Shown here: piece by piece, positions 1 through 13,296 of the stretch
How the letters are laid out: each line of letters opens with the position of its first letter
Numbering within the stretch: position 1 is the first letter of the stretch
Source of the DNA: Fimbriosthenelais zetlandica
Lineage: Eukaryota
Length of the DNA: 64,000 bases
Reading direction: 5' to 3'
Assembly (NCBI GenBank): GCA_977030845.1
Contig: OZ365118.1
Span: 17,794,001-17,858,000 of the forward strand
Program-made: the position numbers and the translations under genes
The notes under the pieces: model-generated
The model's input: only the letters and a program-made list of their open reading frames with translations
What the model was told of the DNA's origin: nothing
Database searches by the model: none

Positions 1-1700
1 GTTTAGGTGTGGGTGTATCCGTGCCCGCACACCCATACCTGGGATTTAACCCAAGTCAACACACTCTCAATTCCCTACCTATATGAACCCTAGAACAATG
101 CATTACCTCAACTTTCGGGGCCAGTTTACAAGGAAATATTCTTAAGCATTGAATCACCACAACAGAAAAATTTGTGGAACGCCAATTTATATTCATACAT
201 TTTCAAAGAACTTATTTCCAATTGAGAAATCTGAATTATCGTGTTTTAATATAACCCTAAGTTGGTTAGTTTTCATCCAATAATTGGATCGAAATTCATT
301 ATGAATATCCCCCATTTTGAAGTAGACCCATGTAGTGAACCATTTCTCAAAAGCAATTCCTTTGCCGGGGATAAGAAAGAGACCGCTTAAAGATGAAGGA
401 GCGCCCATAATTCTGTCAGTGAATTGTAAAACATTCAGAAGTCAGTGAGAAAGTAGCTTTTAATCTTACATAATGCCCTATAGCTCCACGACAGGTTGTG
501 AAAACACTTGTAAATGCCCCCTCTCCTTGTTGGCCTGCTTTGTTAAGACCCTATTTATTTTAAGTATTGACTTCTTCGGGTGTTGGCACGCTTTGTTCTA
601 CCCAGAATTGTTCTCCCCTCAAGAGCCCTTTCTTATTGTCCCCAGGGGGCCGTCCCTGAAAAAAAGATGTGCATAAATTAAACCATAGGCTTAGCATTGT
701 TGAGCGTGTCGCGCATCGTTTTTTCTGACGCACCCCGCTACAATCGTTTAATTACACGTGTTGTATCGGCGCTAAGAGGCCATGTCACTTTCTTGTTGGA
801 CGCCTCCTTTCTTTTACAGCTGCTTATTTGGTTCTTTATACCTCTGATCTGTTACTAAACCCTCCCCAATCCCCCCGCCGGCCGTTTGTTCTTTAGAAAT
901 ATTTACTTTGTCCGTTAGAAAGAAATGAAAGCTGGAGATTTGATGTTCTAAGCAGGGGATTATGTTTTGCTTTGAATGATTAGTAGACTTGAGATATAGC
1001 CCATATATTAGACATATTTTAGATGGAAATGGTTTACTTTGTAGTGAACTTTGTAGCTTAGATGTGCCCCTCAAATCATGGTTAGTTTGAATTGGTAAAA
1101 CAAACATTTTCAAGTCATCAAATATGTGTAAGAGAAATTGGAGAAATTTATAATTAGAATGCAAAGGCATGTGTCATTTAATTTCAAGTAGGGTTACAAG
1201 TTTGAATTTCTGCTGCAAATTTGAAACCCTGAATCAAATTGCTGTCCATCTGGCCTTTCAATGCATCATTGAGAACTTTCTATTTTAACCACTTGTCGTC
1301 CATTGTCACTGCTCTATGTGAGACCCATCATTTAACCTGAAGCCACGCGGCTATCCCAATTAAAGCTGTCACCAGCCAAGGCTACAATGGTCTACTGGCC
1401 CCAATTTTCAAACCTTTCAGTTTAAAAGATCTTGACAAAAGCAAATCCCCAAAGTATGTAAGACAGACTTTGGAAGCTTGATTATGTTTGTCTTGAAAGG
1501 TGTGAAGGACTTCTGTCAATCTCTATCATATCTTTCCCTCCACAATTTCCATTAACAATGTCCTGGGATTGCCTGCAGTGTTGTGCATTGCTTTCCCATT
1601 GTATTGCTTGCATTGCTGACACCATCATTGCCTCGCTTTATAACACTTGATTTGCTATATGCCTGTTTATATACACAATTGATTAATTTGTAATTATAAA

Positions 1701-1766
1701 TTTTGTCTTTCCTTAATTTCAGGTGAGTGTGAGCTATTATTCCACAAATTTGGTGAAGGTAGGAAT
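1701..1766 (+). other. Recursive splice site 1 (AG 1721-1722 | GT 1723-1724) with a 36-nt cryptic exon
   Basis: Sequence ttttgtctttccttaatttcAG|GTGAGT. A downstream donor AAG|GTAGGAAT has its GT at 1759. Confidence 0.75.
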
Positions 1767-3817
1767 TCTTAAATATTTGAGAGAATTATATTTAAGATAT
1801 CGATAATGAAGAATTTTATTTCATTTTGAATGAATTTAAGCACACATAAAATAGGATTGCACTGTGCATAGCAGTGCACCATCCGGGAGTCTAGGTATGA
1901 TCCTATAGGCTCAGATTACCTGACTGAGTAGATTATCAGATTATCCGGGCGTTAATCCGCCTTCTAATATAACACCCTGGAGCATTATACCTGCAGCAGA
2001 TCAGTTTGCCTATTCTCAGACACGCCACCAGAGTCCGGGTATCATGGGGGTCATTTAGGCCATATACATGAATCCCCTGACTATAGGCTACCTGCACCTC
2101 CACACCTGAGCCCGCCCTATCCATCTCTATCTCTTTCCATTTGGGACTCGGATATTTGATGGAATGATAAAAATATCTGTTTTTCACTGAAAATATTCGT
2201 TGCACAGATGTTGAATGAACATGGCACAGCTGAAGATCATGACTGCGTGCTTGAAATAGTCTGCACTTAAAACATGCTGAAAAGACTAGGCCATAAAATT
2301 ACTTATAAAATGTATATATATTTTTATGAAACGCGCTGTGCATTATAAGAACATAATGGAGGATGTTGCTGCATCTGTTGCATTTGACAAAGGACAATTA
2401 ATGGCTCTTTGCATTGGAGAAATGGAGGTTAGCCATGACAAGTGCTTTCCTATCCAGTTTATGGACTGATAATATCAAAATTAATGACCAGATGTGAAAA
2501 AAAATAGAGAAAGATATGACTGCCAGTCAAGTGAGTCCATGTTAATGAGTGGGCCAGTGATGGGGGATAATAGTCAGGTCTGGTAACACTAGTCTCAGTG
2601 GTCCTCACTATGGCAGGCTGTAACTCGGTGTTTAAGTCGTTAAACATGTTAATTCCTCATGCACGGCATGGGGTGTGCATGCCTTACATGCTAATACTGT
2701 GAACATGTATTTTCGTGCAAGTAAAATTTCAGTGCCCCTTGAAAAATAATAGATTTTGCCTCTGTCTCTCCCATAAGAAAGACCATACAATATGTATTGG
2801 ATCTGAAAAAATGCCTTTGTCCATTTGCCCAGTTGTCTGGAGCTTTCCCCCAAGAGGAAAAATTGCAAAAAATTGATTCAATCAAAATTTGTTGTTGACA
2901 TTGGTGGGAGACAGGTGTGATAGCTGCTGTAGGTCCAGACTACTCAACATGTCAATCAGTAATTAGGTCAAATTCAATTTAGATTAATTGAAACCAATCT
3001 GATTCATTAATATGGATTTTTTTATTATAATCTTCCTCTGACAGAGCAGAGCAACCTTTCCTGCATGTTAAAATGCAGTGTAAAATATTGCTTGCATAAT
3101 TTGTCCTCAGTCTTTGGCCTTTACGATTTTAATAATTTAGATTTATTAAATAGTTAAGCTGTTTTATCTGATATCCTTTTACTCAGAGGATGCCTCAGGG
3201 TGGGTGAAAGTTGCTTAGCAAGCATAAAACCATATTTTCTTTGCCTTTGAGCAACCATACCCATTTGTAGAATCTGTGAGACAGTTTGGGATCGTGTCAA
3301 CCATTGGTTTCACATAGTAGAGACTGACTCCGGCCAGGATGGAAGCACAAGTGCTCAATGACCCTCAACGTGTCAGACATGTCTGGTATTCCATGCTTCA
3401 TGCTAACCACCTCCGCCTTACAACCCCAAGTCTCGGCGTCTCCCGATGTCCACGTGTTCTCCCAACGTGGCTTCGCGAGATTTCTGCCCCTAAGGTCATC
3501 TTTCACATATTTTCCCCGATAAAAGAAAACTTGAAAATTTGAAACTTGAGAAAAGTTTCTCCCAAGCAGAAAGATACTTTGGAAGTTATTTATTCGGCTC
3601 AATATTAAAGTGAAAGGGTATTTTCATCAGGTTTGAAACTTGAGTTTTCTTCTGTTTGGTTTGCTGTATATAATAGCGATATGAGAGTGAGATTAAGCTT
3701 TGTTGAGTGCATGTTGATATATGTGTATGAGAGGGAAAATTATAATAGGTTTTATAACTCCACATTGGAGCCATTGTCATCCACCCTCTCAGAACTCTCA
3801 TGTCAGACATGCTTGCA

Positions 3818-3890
3818 CGGAAGTACGCCAGAACGCTGGGAAGGCGAAGGCGCTTACGTCACGCCACAGCGCTCTCTGATTGGTCAATAC
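3818..3890. promoter_or_regulatory. CpG-retaining element with ETS, CRE-like and CCAAT motifs
   Basis: CGGAAGT at 3818-3824, TTACGTCA at 3854-3861 and CTGATTGG at 3876-3883. Confidence 0.35.
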
Positions 3891-6800
3891 AATCACATGG
3901 CCTTCCATAAATCATACTAGCACATCTGCTAGAAATTTACAGGGCCCTCATGCCACATTTTAGGGCATTTTTCACTTGACCTGTTTAAAATTTTATCTAA
4001 AAAATGTCGCTTATTATCAGAGGTCCTCTGATTTCTTTTCCAAAGAAATTTTCCAGTTCAATATGATGATTAGTTGGTTTTAATACATGAAAGGAAGGCC
4101 AAACAAGCATTATGTGTTCTCATAATTTATAACCCTGGCTTATGTGAGGGGTGGCTAATAATGGGTGAATTGTAATGAAGCGTTCTTATGAATAGATCAT
4201 GGAATTTCCTTCCATATGTGCCTCACATGTGAAGTGCCCATCTTTCATGCACCATTCACATTGTGTCCGTTGAGTGATGGTTCACACTGCCTCTCTCAAT
4301 ATCGCCAAACACGCTTCATACTTGACACAAAGCAGCCCAGCCTTCAGATGATGTCTATTGAACAAAAAAGGCCCTGATCCACTAAAACTTAAGAAGGTCT
4401 ATCAATCGGTTGACCACTTGGAAGATATCCACATTTTGGGTACCTCCCTTGCAAACCCCTCCCCACTCTTAAATTTAATTTATAAGTTTTCACCCATAAT
4501 AATCTTTGGGCGAGGATTTAAGTTGCAATAGTGAGACTAGGCCTTAACCTATGACACCTCATGCCTTGTTGAATCATGCTCAGCAGACATTCCACCATTA
4601 AAATATACATGTACATGTATAAAGTACAAGTCATCTCTCTGCTAAGTTTCCTTCCCCCACCCAATAAATCCATGGCCTGACGATGTGATACAACCCAGAC
4701 ATGTCCTGCCAACCATTCCTTGACTTATACTGCTTGCCAAGGCACTGGCTACCCATTATGACTTTTTTGTCCAAGATATCTTTGATAATGGCATAAGCAA
4801 AGACCTGTTGCATGTATTCTATGCATTTCATGTATATTTACGATTTTTTCTGGTGAATTTAATATATTTTCCATGAAGTTCTGTCTTAAATTGAATACTC
4901 TCTGACCATTAATATGCATTTGATACATGATGATTATATAGGGTTCCATCAGAGAGTATATCTCCTGAGAGCTTACGCCATGCCTATTAATCAAAAGCGT
5001 TGAAGGCTGGCAGGACCTGGTATATATTCATCACAATATTATCATCTCCCGGGTTCTGTCCTTCACGAGACTCTATGAAATAAATGCCATGAAGAAGTTA
5101 ATGCTATAAACCAGATTCTCCTGGATGTTCCGATTTTAACTTAATCACTTACTGAATGAAGCCTTGCAGCAATCCCCATCAGAAAGGGCATGAGGATCTG
5201 TGCCATTTTGCAACCAAAGTCTTCTAGCTCATAAATGTATACAGTCACAGCCTTTTAACCGTAGCCCCACACATGTAATTCAAACCTGGCACTAATTTCC
5301 TGTGTTGTGGACATATACGACCTGCGTCTGCGACTTATATGCCTGTTTCCCTTCACTAATTTGCCTTCTCGTTGCCATAGAGAGGGCCAGAGATAAGATA
5401 GAGATAATATTATGGGTGTATGGGCCATCAAATGCCCGCGGGCGCCATGTTTTACCATTTCCCTGCCCACACCAAAGTGAGTCAACATCCTCCTCTATAG
5501 CTCATTTAGTGCCGCTATCGCCCGCTTGGAGTGTGGGTGTTGAGTGAGCTGCTCGGTGATTTGCTCACCAGATGGCGCGCTGGTGACAGACGAGGGGTCA
5601 TTAGGAGCTTTTTGCCGTGACCTCTGTACAGCCCTGGGGGGAACTTCGGGTAGGTCTGCCATGCATTGTAGGTATGGTTCTGTTACACTGGTTCCACAGT
5701 ACAAGGATCTTCTTTCAGGGTACACAGAGGGACACTGGAAGTGATCAGGCAACCTCACAAATCAATCCGCCCTCGGGCATGGTCCCGTTTCCGTTTTCTC
5801 AGAAGAAATCTTCATGTTATATGCGTTATCTTCTTGAAAACAATTCTTTACCTTTAGCTTATTTGAAGTCATTCTTTTAGAATCATACTTGAATGTTGAG
5901 TCAATTAAATGTAATCTTTTGATCCACCATTTCATGGCGGTCATAAACCGTGGGCTGCCCCCACATCACAAGTGTTTATCTCGACTACGCACCACACCCT
6001 GAGAAGGGTCCTTGAAAGGCAGGCCCTAAATAAGACCAAGTGTTGAATGATATTGCAGTGATTAGTGGTACCGGGGGTCCCCCTACCCCCGGTCCAGCAC
6101 GCTTATTTATGAGCCATGTGTTTGGTCTATGGTAGAGGGAAACAAAGGAGGGTTTGTCACGTTGGAAATTCCAGCATGAATTTCTAGACATGTAGATAGA
6201 CTTCAAACAGATAACAGGGAAATATATATCACTTCATTACAACAATTTTCATTTTATGTTCGTCTGGAATCTTCATCTTTCACCATAGTCTTAGGCCTTA
6301 GAGTAAAATGATTGTGCTCCAAGCTTGAATAGATGGCATCTTATCAATGAAGATGTTTGGGATACTTTATTTGAATGAAAATTTTGACATATCTTGGAAT
6401 TTTCCCAGTGAAATTAAGTGCCAAAACATTGAAGTTCTAGATGATAAAATACCAGGGTATTTTGAAATATTTGTATTGTTTTATGATAAGGAACCCGTCT
6501 CAAATATCATTTTATCATTAGAATGAAATGTAAGCAACCAGAGCTGCAGAGATAAGTGAGAATTGTTAAAATTCTGAGGTCCCCGTGTCAGTTTGTCTCC
6601 CTACCCCCTACCCCGACTCCTGGGTGGTCGGAGGGTGACATGGGGGACTTTTAATTTCACGCTCAGGTCAGAATTAATGAATTCATTTTTCTTAGTATGT
6701 GTCACAAGTCAAGTTCTCTGTCAGAAACCGCGCCCTTCTAAACCACCATATGTATCTCTGTCACAGATACAAGTCACTGTTGACACCAGTTTGTGACAGC

Positions 6801-7178
6801 AAGGAAAATGCATGAGTTGTGACACGAGAACATATTCAGTGCTATCCCAAAGCCTGAACCTAGAAATAAGATATTTTCCTAGTTGCTTGCCTGTAATGTG
6901 ACATTAGGCTGTACCTTTTCACTGATATGATGATTCCGTCTGACCGTGTACCTGTTATGGGTGTTTGTGTACACGCGTGTATCGTATCTCACCCACCATT
7001 ATGGTAGCAGCCTATATTGTGACATGTTAAAGCCCACCACTCAATGCTGCACCATGTCGCCATGTGAATACATGTGGTATCATGTCTGTAGAAACAGGTA
7101 ACTCTATAGCCACCCATACCCGATACAACGATGCCACCTGGGTGGGCACGGGGTGGCATGTCATAAGAATACCTTCAT

Positions 7179-7435
7179 AAAAGAGGAAGGGTGAGGGGAC
7201 AGAGAGATAGGAGTGAGAGGGAGGATGGACAGGGTTGAGGTTGGGGACAGAGAGGAGGGAGAGGTGAGAAGAGGGAGAGTGGGAGAAGGAGGAGAGAGAA
7301 AAGAGGGAGAGAGAGTGAGTGAAAGAAGAAAGGAAGATATAGGCCAGTGACATGAAGAGAGAGAATGAAAGGGAAACAGGGATAGAAAGTGGGAGAGAAT
7401 GAGTGAGAAAAGGCGAGTGGGGAGAGGGAGAGAGA
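7179..7435. repeat. GA-rich (purine) low-complexity tract
   Basis: About 250 nt that are almost entirely A/G. It explains the spurious S/L/P-rich minus-strand ORFs. Confidence 0.85.
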
Positions 7436-8070
7436 TGACCGTATGCATGTTTCCCCTATCATGGAGCCCCCCTAGTAGGCCTATATATCTATCATTACAT
7501 CTTCTATTACTGACTAATCCTACCCCCTACTGCTCGACGTCCCTACTGTATCACCCCCAGTCTTATCACTCCCCGAGACGCCATGACGTCATACTGTTCA
7601 CAACCCACCAACATCAAGCTATTAAAATTTCAGATTTATTGAATTTTAAATGAATTAAATTTGATCACATTTAATGATTTTCTGTACGAGGTAGCCCCAA
7701 AACAAAATGTTTGATCGAAAACCATACATTTTGGAGTTTGGGAATTTCAATGCTGGTTCTGCTTGAGAAATATAATGTGATTAATTATGTAATTACTTTG
7801 TATTTAATCATGTACTATACATATAGTTTACTATGGTTCTCACGTCCCCTGTCTCCGGGGCTGGGACCCACACATGCACCTTTGTACACCTGTGAATTGG
7901 TCCCTCTGACATGCTACACCAAGGCCCGCTGAATGTGGAGTAATTTTTCATTATGTGAAATATAACGTTTCGATTCAATCTACTCCCTGTAGTTGGTAAA
8001 CATATTAAAGTGTTAACTTTCTCAACCGATCTTCTTATAATGTACATGGGAGATCCGGGCTCTCTTATAC

Positions 8071-8200
8071 CATCTCTCTCTTTCCCCCTCTCTCCGTTAT
8101 GCTCTGAATGTTTCACTGACCTACCCTTCCCCTTCCCCTCCCCCTCCCCATACAACCACTATACCATCTCCCCTAACCCCTCCACCAACTCCTCCTCTAT
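8071..8200. repeat. CT-rich low-complexity tract
   Basis: Pyrimidine-rich, with ccccttcccc-type units. Confidence 0.7.
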
Positions 8201-10092
8201 TCAAACCATTGAGGGAAAATGTCCATATATTCACATCTTTGAGAGAAATGTCCATATAACAGTCAAGTGACTGGCCATGTAACAATGAGGCTTTGGCTTT
8301 CTCTAGAAAAGAACCATCTGGAAGAAAAATATGAGACGGTACTTAGGATATCATGTGAAAATTTACATAAAATGTATACCTCCATTATTCATATGATATC
8401 ATGCAATTAGATATGTAAATTTGGAATTCAGAACATTTGTCGTTGGATTTAAATTTACTCATTTTATAATCAAAATCTAGACAAAATATATAATTATAGT
8501 AGGGACTGCGCTGATTTGTGGTTTATATATTAAGAAATAGACATTTACTTGGTATTTTCTTCTTTTCTATCATCATTACTTTGTGATTTATCTTCTTTTC
8601 GCATCCCCCAAACCTTTGAACCCTTGTGGAGGCGATGAATAAGATCCGAGTTAGCTTTGTGATTAATGTTAAAGATCCACCGTTCTCACGCTGCTACAAT
8701 GACCGATTTTACCCCATTCAAACCCTATTTAATCACCCCTCATCCCTAACATTAAAGGGCAGTCTTCAACCAACCGATTCCCCATCTGATGCCGATTTTC
8801 CAATTTCAAATTTACCCAAAATATTGATATAACAGTTTGGAAACGGCGACCAAAGAGTCCTTTCTGATATCATTATAAAATCCCCTGATATTCTTTTAAT
8901 GGAACAACCGATTGCCAACCGATGGGTTAATGGTGGATCCGGGGTCTAAGTGTCCAGGGTCGCAGCCAGGTCGACCTGTGTGGCAGTTTAATATTCATGT
9001 GGGACACACTGCGCACGGGATGTTAAATGACAATTAATTTTAAGAGTAGGACAGAAGTAGGACGGTCTAAGTTAGACCCCCTCTCTATACCTACCTGTCC
9101 ACACACCACCCATCCATCAACCCACCATATTTGTCTACCTCTCCATTTAAAAACTTTAAATATTTTGTTGATTCACTTTAGAAGTTTTAAGTCTTTCCAT
9201 TTATCAATGTTTTGTGCTATGGGCCTATGAAGGTGCACATGAAATATATATTTTTAAAATTATTTCTTTATCAGTTAGGGCAGGTAAAGTTGATAGAAAT
9301 TTATCGAGCCTTTTCGAGGCAATGTTGAGGATATACTGTTTAATGCTTTTCTCCTTAAATTAATTTCCTTGTGTCGAGTATTTCTCTTGGCCTCAGTACT
9401 GTGAAGACTGGTCAGCTGTGGGTGTGAAGGCTGGAGTGATGGAGAAGTGTCTTATCTGTAAGACGCAGTGGGTGATAAGGGTACCTGATATGGTCAGTTA
9501 CTGATAACGTCACTTCAGTGTTACCTTAGCCTTCCTACAGGTGTAGGACATACATGCAGGTCATTGGCAGATACCATGGCTCAAACTTTATATGAACAAA
9601 AATTGATATGGGCTTAGTTCATTTATTTATAATCAAATCAGTAGCCATATATATTCAGGGGTACAAAGGCAACCTTGTGTTATTGAAAAATTCTTGAATT
9701 ACATCAGCATGTAATTTCTACCCCAAAATCTTGTCTGTATTTAGTTGAGAAATTGTCCTTAAAAGAACTATTTTTCGTTGGGGAAGGAAATTCCACTGGC
9801 AGCCTGAATCAGGCGACTACCGGGCTAGCTGGAGTAGAGATCCCTGTGGAATATTATATGTGAACATACTGGAGTGTGGTATGGGTATGATCCATCACGT
9901 TTGATTCAGTGTTAACAAATTCTGTGTGTGACAGATGTTCATCTCGGATCATTGACTCCCGTCTTGAGGTGTATTGAAATGGGACTTCATCCACTGATGT
10001 GGCTGGTCACTGCCTTGCTATATTAATGCCTATATATTTGCTCGCCATATCTGACTGAGTAGTCTCTCCCGCAAGCCTCTCCTCCCCCACTT

Positions 10093-10095
<3 letters not shown>

Positions 10096-10126
<31 letters not shown>
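10096..10126. repeat. (TC)n microsatellite, about 15 units, inside a pyrimidine-rich block (about 10063-10320)
   Basis: Direct reading of the sequence. Confidence 0.95.
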
Positions 10127-10131
<5 letters not shown>

Positions 10132-10350
10132 TCTCACTCTTTCTCTTTCCATGTATGCCCCTGTTTCTACCCTCTAGTCACTCCCATTCCAGTACTCCCC
10201 AGTACTCCCCATTTTCGCATACTTTCCTGTCCCTCTCTCCCTCTATCTCCCATCCCCTGTCTCTTCTCTTTCTATCTCCCCACTCTCCTGTCCCCTCCTG
10301 CCCCCCCTTTCCTCCCATCTGACAACCTATGATAGAGGGGATACATTTCT

Positions 10351-10364
10351 GTTGCTATGGTGAC
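10351..10364. promoter_or_regulatory. RFX X-box-like element
   Basis: GTTGCTATGGTGAC, immediately followed by a CpG-rich stretch (10368-10440). Confidence 0.4.
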
Positions 10365-12855
10365 TGCCGTGTTCTGGCGCGCCAGGTGATCGATGAGCGG
10401 TTCGAAATCATGTCGCAAAACGGCGTAATGGAGTGTCGTAAAACAAGAGCTGAGGTGTGAAAGGTGTACTCTTGGCATGTAGGCTACTTGGTCTGGGTTT
10501 TAAAAATGTTTTACTTTTAAAGATTAAACGGCTGTTTTTAAGATGATGTATCAAAGGGGAAAAGGAAAATATTGTTCATTCACTTTCTTACAGTAAATAA
10601 TGTCTTAGAAAAATTTGATTGCATGTGACTAGCTGTCGCAAATGCATTCTTAAAATTATTGATAGTTGAAATATTTTAATTGCTTAGCAGCTGCCCCAAT
10701 ATGGGATAGCAATGCACGTTCTAAAAAGGTTGATAATCTTGATAAAAATTTGAACAATGTGAGAGCAACAACACATGGTGAAAATGGCTTGACATTGTTC
10801 TCTGTGGAAGAATCGGTACTTTGTTTTCTGTATGCCATGTGAAAGCATTCAACATATCTCACATTTTCTACCCTTATATGAAGGTATATTAAAATTGCCC
10901 GCTTACAGTGGGACCTATGTTTTGAAGGCGTGGCAGGCTATTTTCCCTCAATATTTCGAGCCCTCTTTCATGGCATAACCACAGACCTGTCCCTCCGCGC
11001 ATGCGTGTGCTTTTGCCTCACTTCCTGTGAGATCGTGGTGATAATGACATGGCACTATCCTCAGAAAATTATGACTGGCGAAGTTTGGATCTGAGCTAAT
11101 AACAAGTGTCAAGAACGCTGGGGCTCATTGACATTTTTCCACGCTCCCAAATTATGGATCATTTTTAGCGAGATTGTCACATGAGGCGCCTATGCTTTAT
11201 AATACATGCGTGATGCCTTTGATGCCTTCCCTGCATTGCACAAGTCGCCTCTTGTTTGAATTTTTAATGCCAGAACATGAGATCTAGTAGTTATGGAGGA
11301 AGCTGCAAAAGTATGGCTATATAATAACGCCATAAAAAAGTAATTGTCATTCTTTTTCCGGTTGGACCATGAAACAAAAGTTTGAATGTCTTTGTGTAGT
11401 CTTTGTGAAATTACTCTCCCATGGTCCCTGTATTTCTCACAGTTACCCACATAATGTAAAACAGTTTTTTTTTCGGCAAGACATAAATCTATAAATCTTG
11501 TGTGTAATTTACATAGTTTATTAATTATTTTGGTGAGAACAGGCCTTGGAAGTACCTCGGGTCATGCTCGGGAGAAACACAAAAAAGGAATTAGCCTCAT
11601 AAATCGTGGCCATTATAGCACCTTAATTCCATCCACATCTGTGATTCCCCTAACGCGAGGTGTCAATGGTAGAGGACCTGATTACAGGTCTGTACCTATA
11701 CCTGGGACGGCCGAACAGGGTGATCTACAACCCAGACAGATTACCCGTGATTGGGGCACACACAGTGACGCAGGTATAGGGCCTAATGATTATGATTGAC
11801 GGTCTGTGATACATATTTGTTTAATTATGGGAGCAGAGATATATATGTGTGATAAGATGTAATATAGATGTTATCTCAACCGCCTTGGTGTGCAGGATGG
11901 GCAATAGATTCTTGGTTATGTTCTGAATGTCAGATTACTACTGAAAAGATCAAGTGCTTCTAGAAGTATGTTTATGACACTTTATGGAAAAGGTAAACAT
12001 TTCGAAGCATAACATTTTCTAAGAATTAGAACCCTCAGAATTATACCTAATTATATTTATCTAAGTTGTCTCTTTTTGTCCATTAACTGAATTTTACTTG
12101 CATTTTGCATACACTAAATTGAAAGTTTGAAGACTTTTTTCTTTATGAGTGTACTTATTTCAGAAATATAGATAAGTTCTATGTATAGCAGATGTACACT
12201 TCACAAAAAAACCTGTTTCACCACCCCGACATAGACACTTTACTAATCATCCAAGCATTGTACACTAATGCCTCTCTCTCCAGGAGGCAAAACCACTCTC
12301 TTCAAAAACATACACACAACTTTAGAAGAGCCCCTTTGGGCAAGCAGAATAAGTCGACCAGACAAATACGAACCTATTCCCCGGGTGGCTATTGGGCCCA
12401 TTGTTTTCTATGACAGAGCCAGAATGAGGAAAGGTAGAGTGTCTAGAGGCTAAAGAGAATGCCAGACCTGGGGTGCTTAGACAAAATTCATACCCCCTGC
12501 TAGTCGCTTTAAACTAGGATTTTCAGTGAACCACCTGTCTTTTTTTTGGGTCGAATTTACCTACCAGGAGCTTTCTCTAATCTCTTTTGCTGAAAGTTTT
12601 ATCACCTCTCCCAAGAGGACATATGTAAAAAAAAAAAAATAACATAACAGAGGACCTAGTACTTGTTTTGTGGTTGGTTGTGCAGCAGCTAGGCCTATAC
12701 ACAACCTCTATTGTAATATTTAATACTCTTTGAAGGGGAAAAGCGTTAGAAATGTATATATTTAATCTGTCTTGTATAAGGCTGGTCGTGTGAATGCATT
12801 AAAGTTCAGAGGGAGAATGAGGCTGGGATGGAGAGGACTTTATTCGAGTGGGATC

Positions 12856-13296
12856 CTCAGCAGGGGGCCGGCCACCCTTGAAATTGTTACCTATCGAAGC
12901 TCAAAAGCTTTGAACTGTGGATGAAAGGCCCTGTCCAATCATAGGACGTGTTACATCACTGAGGAAGGAATGAGACACGTATTCCTATTGAACAGTGGCT
13001 CGTTAAGGTGTGAGGGCGTTCCCCCAGGGGGCCACCTTTGATTAAAAACGTCACATTCAGTTCTGAATCAAGCTCAATTGACGACCCTTCAAACCAGTGG
13101 GCGATATTAGAGGGATTTGTCCATTGACGCTGAATGATCCTGGGCGATATTAGGGGTAGAATCCCATTTAAAGCCGGGGTATTGTTATTTGAGGTTCCAG
13201 GAATGTGTCCCTGCCAATTACGAGAGGTGTGGACTGGGTAAGGGGCGGAGGTCACGTCATAGGGCATCTAGACCCTGTCATGACGTGAATGACCTC
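12856..13296. promoter_or_regulatory. Dense putative cis-regulatory module
   Basis: CTCAGCAGGGGG at 12856, T-box AGGTGTGA at 13006, two TGGGCGATATTAG copies (13098, 13141), GC box GGGGCGGAG at 13242, inverted TCACGTCAT/ATGACGTGA (13252, 13280), and AGGTCA/TGACCT half-sites (13249, 13290). Confidence 0.45.

Noticed and set aside
5-40. Small hairpin AGGTGTGGGTGT/ACACCCATACCT at the window start, plus other 7-10 bp stems (1858-1878, 20046-20059, 59033-59067, 61794-61826)
   Set aside because: Stems this short are expected by chance in 64 kb, and none has a supporting context.
10368-10461. CpG-rich short frame RVLARQVIDERFEIMSQNGVMECRKTRAEV
   Set aside because: No flanking splice sites, ends in a stop, and has no domain similarity. 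It is more likely a regulatory patch beside the X-box at 10351.
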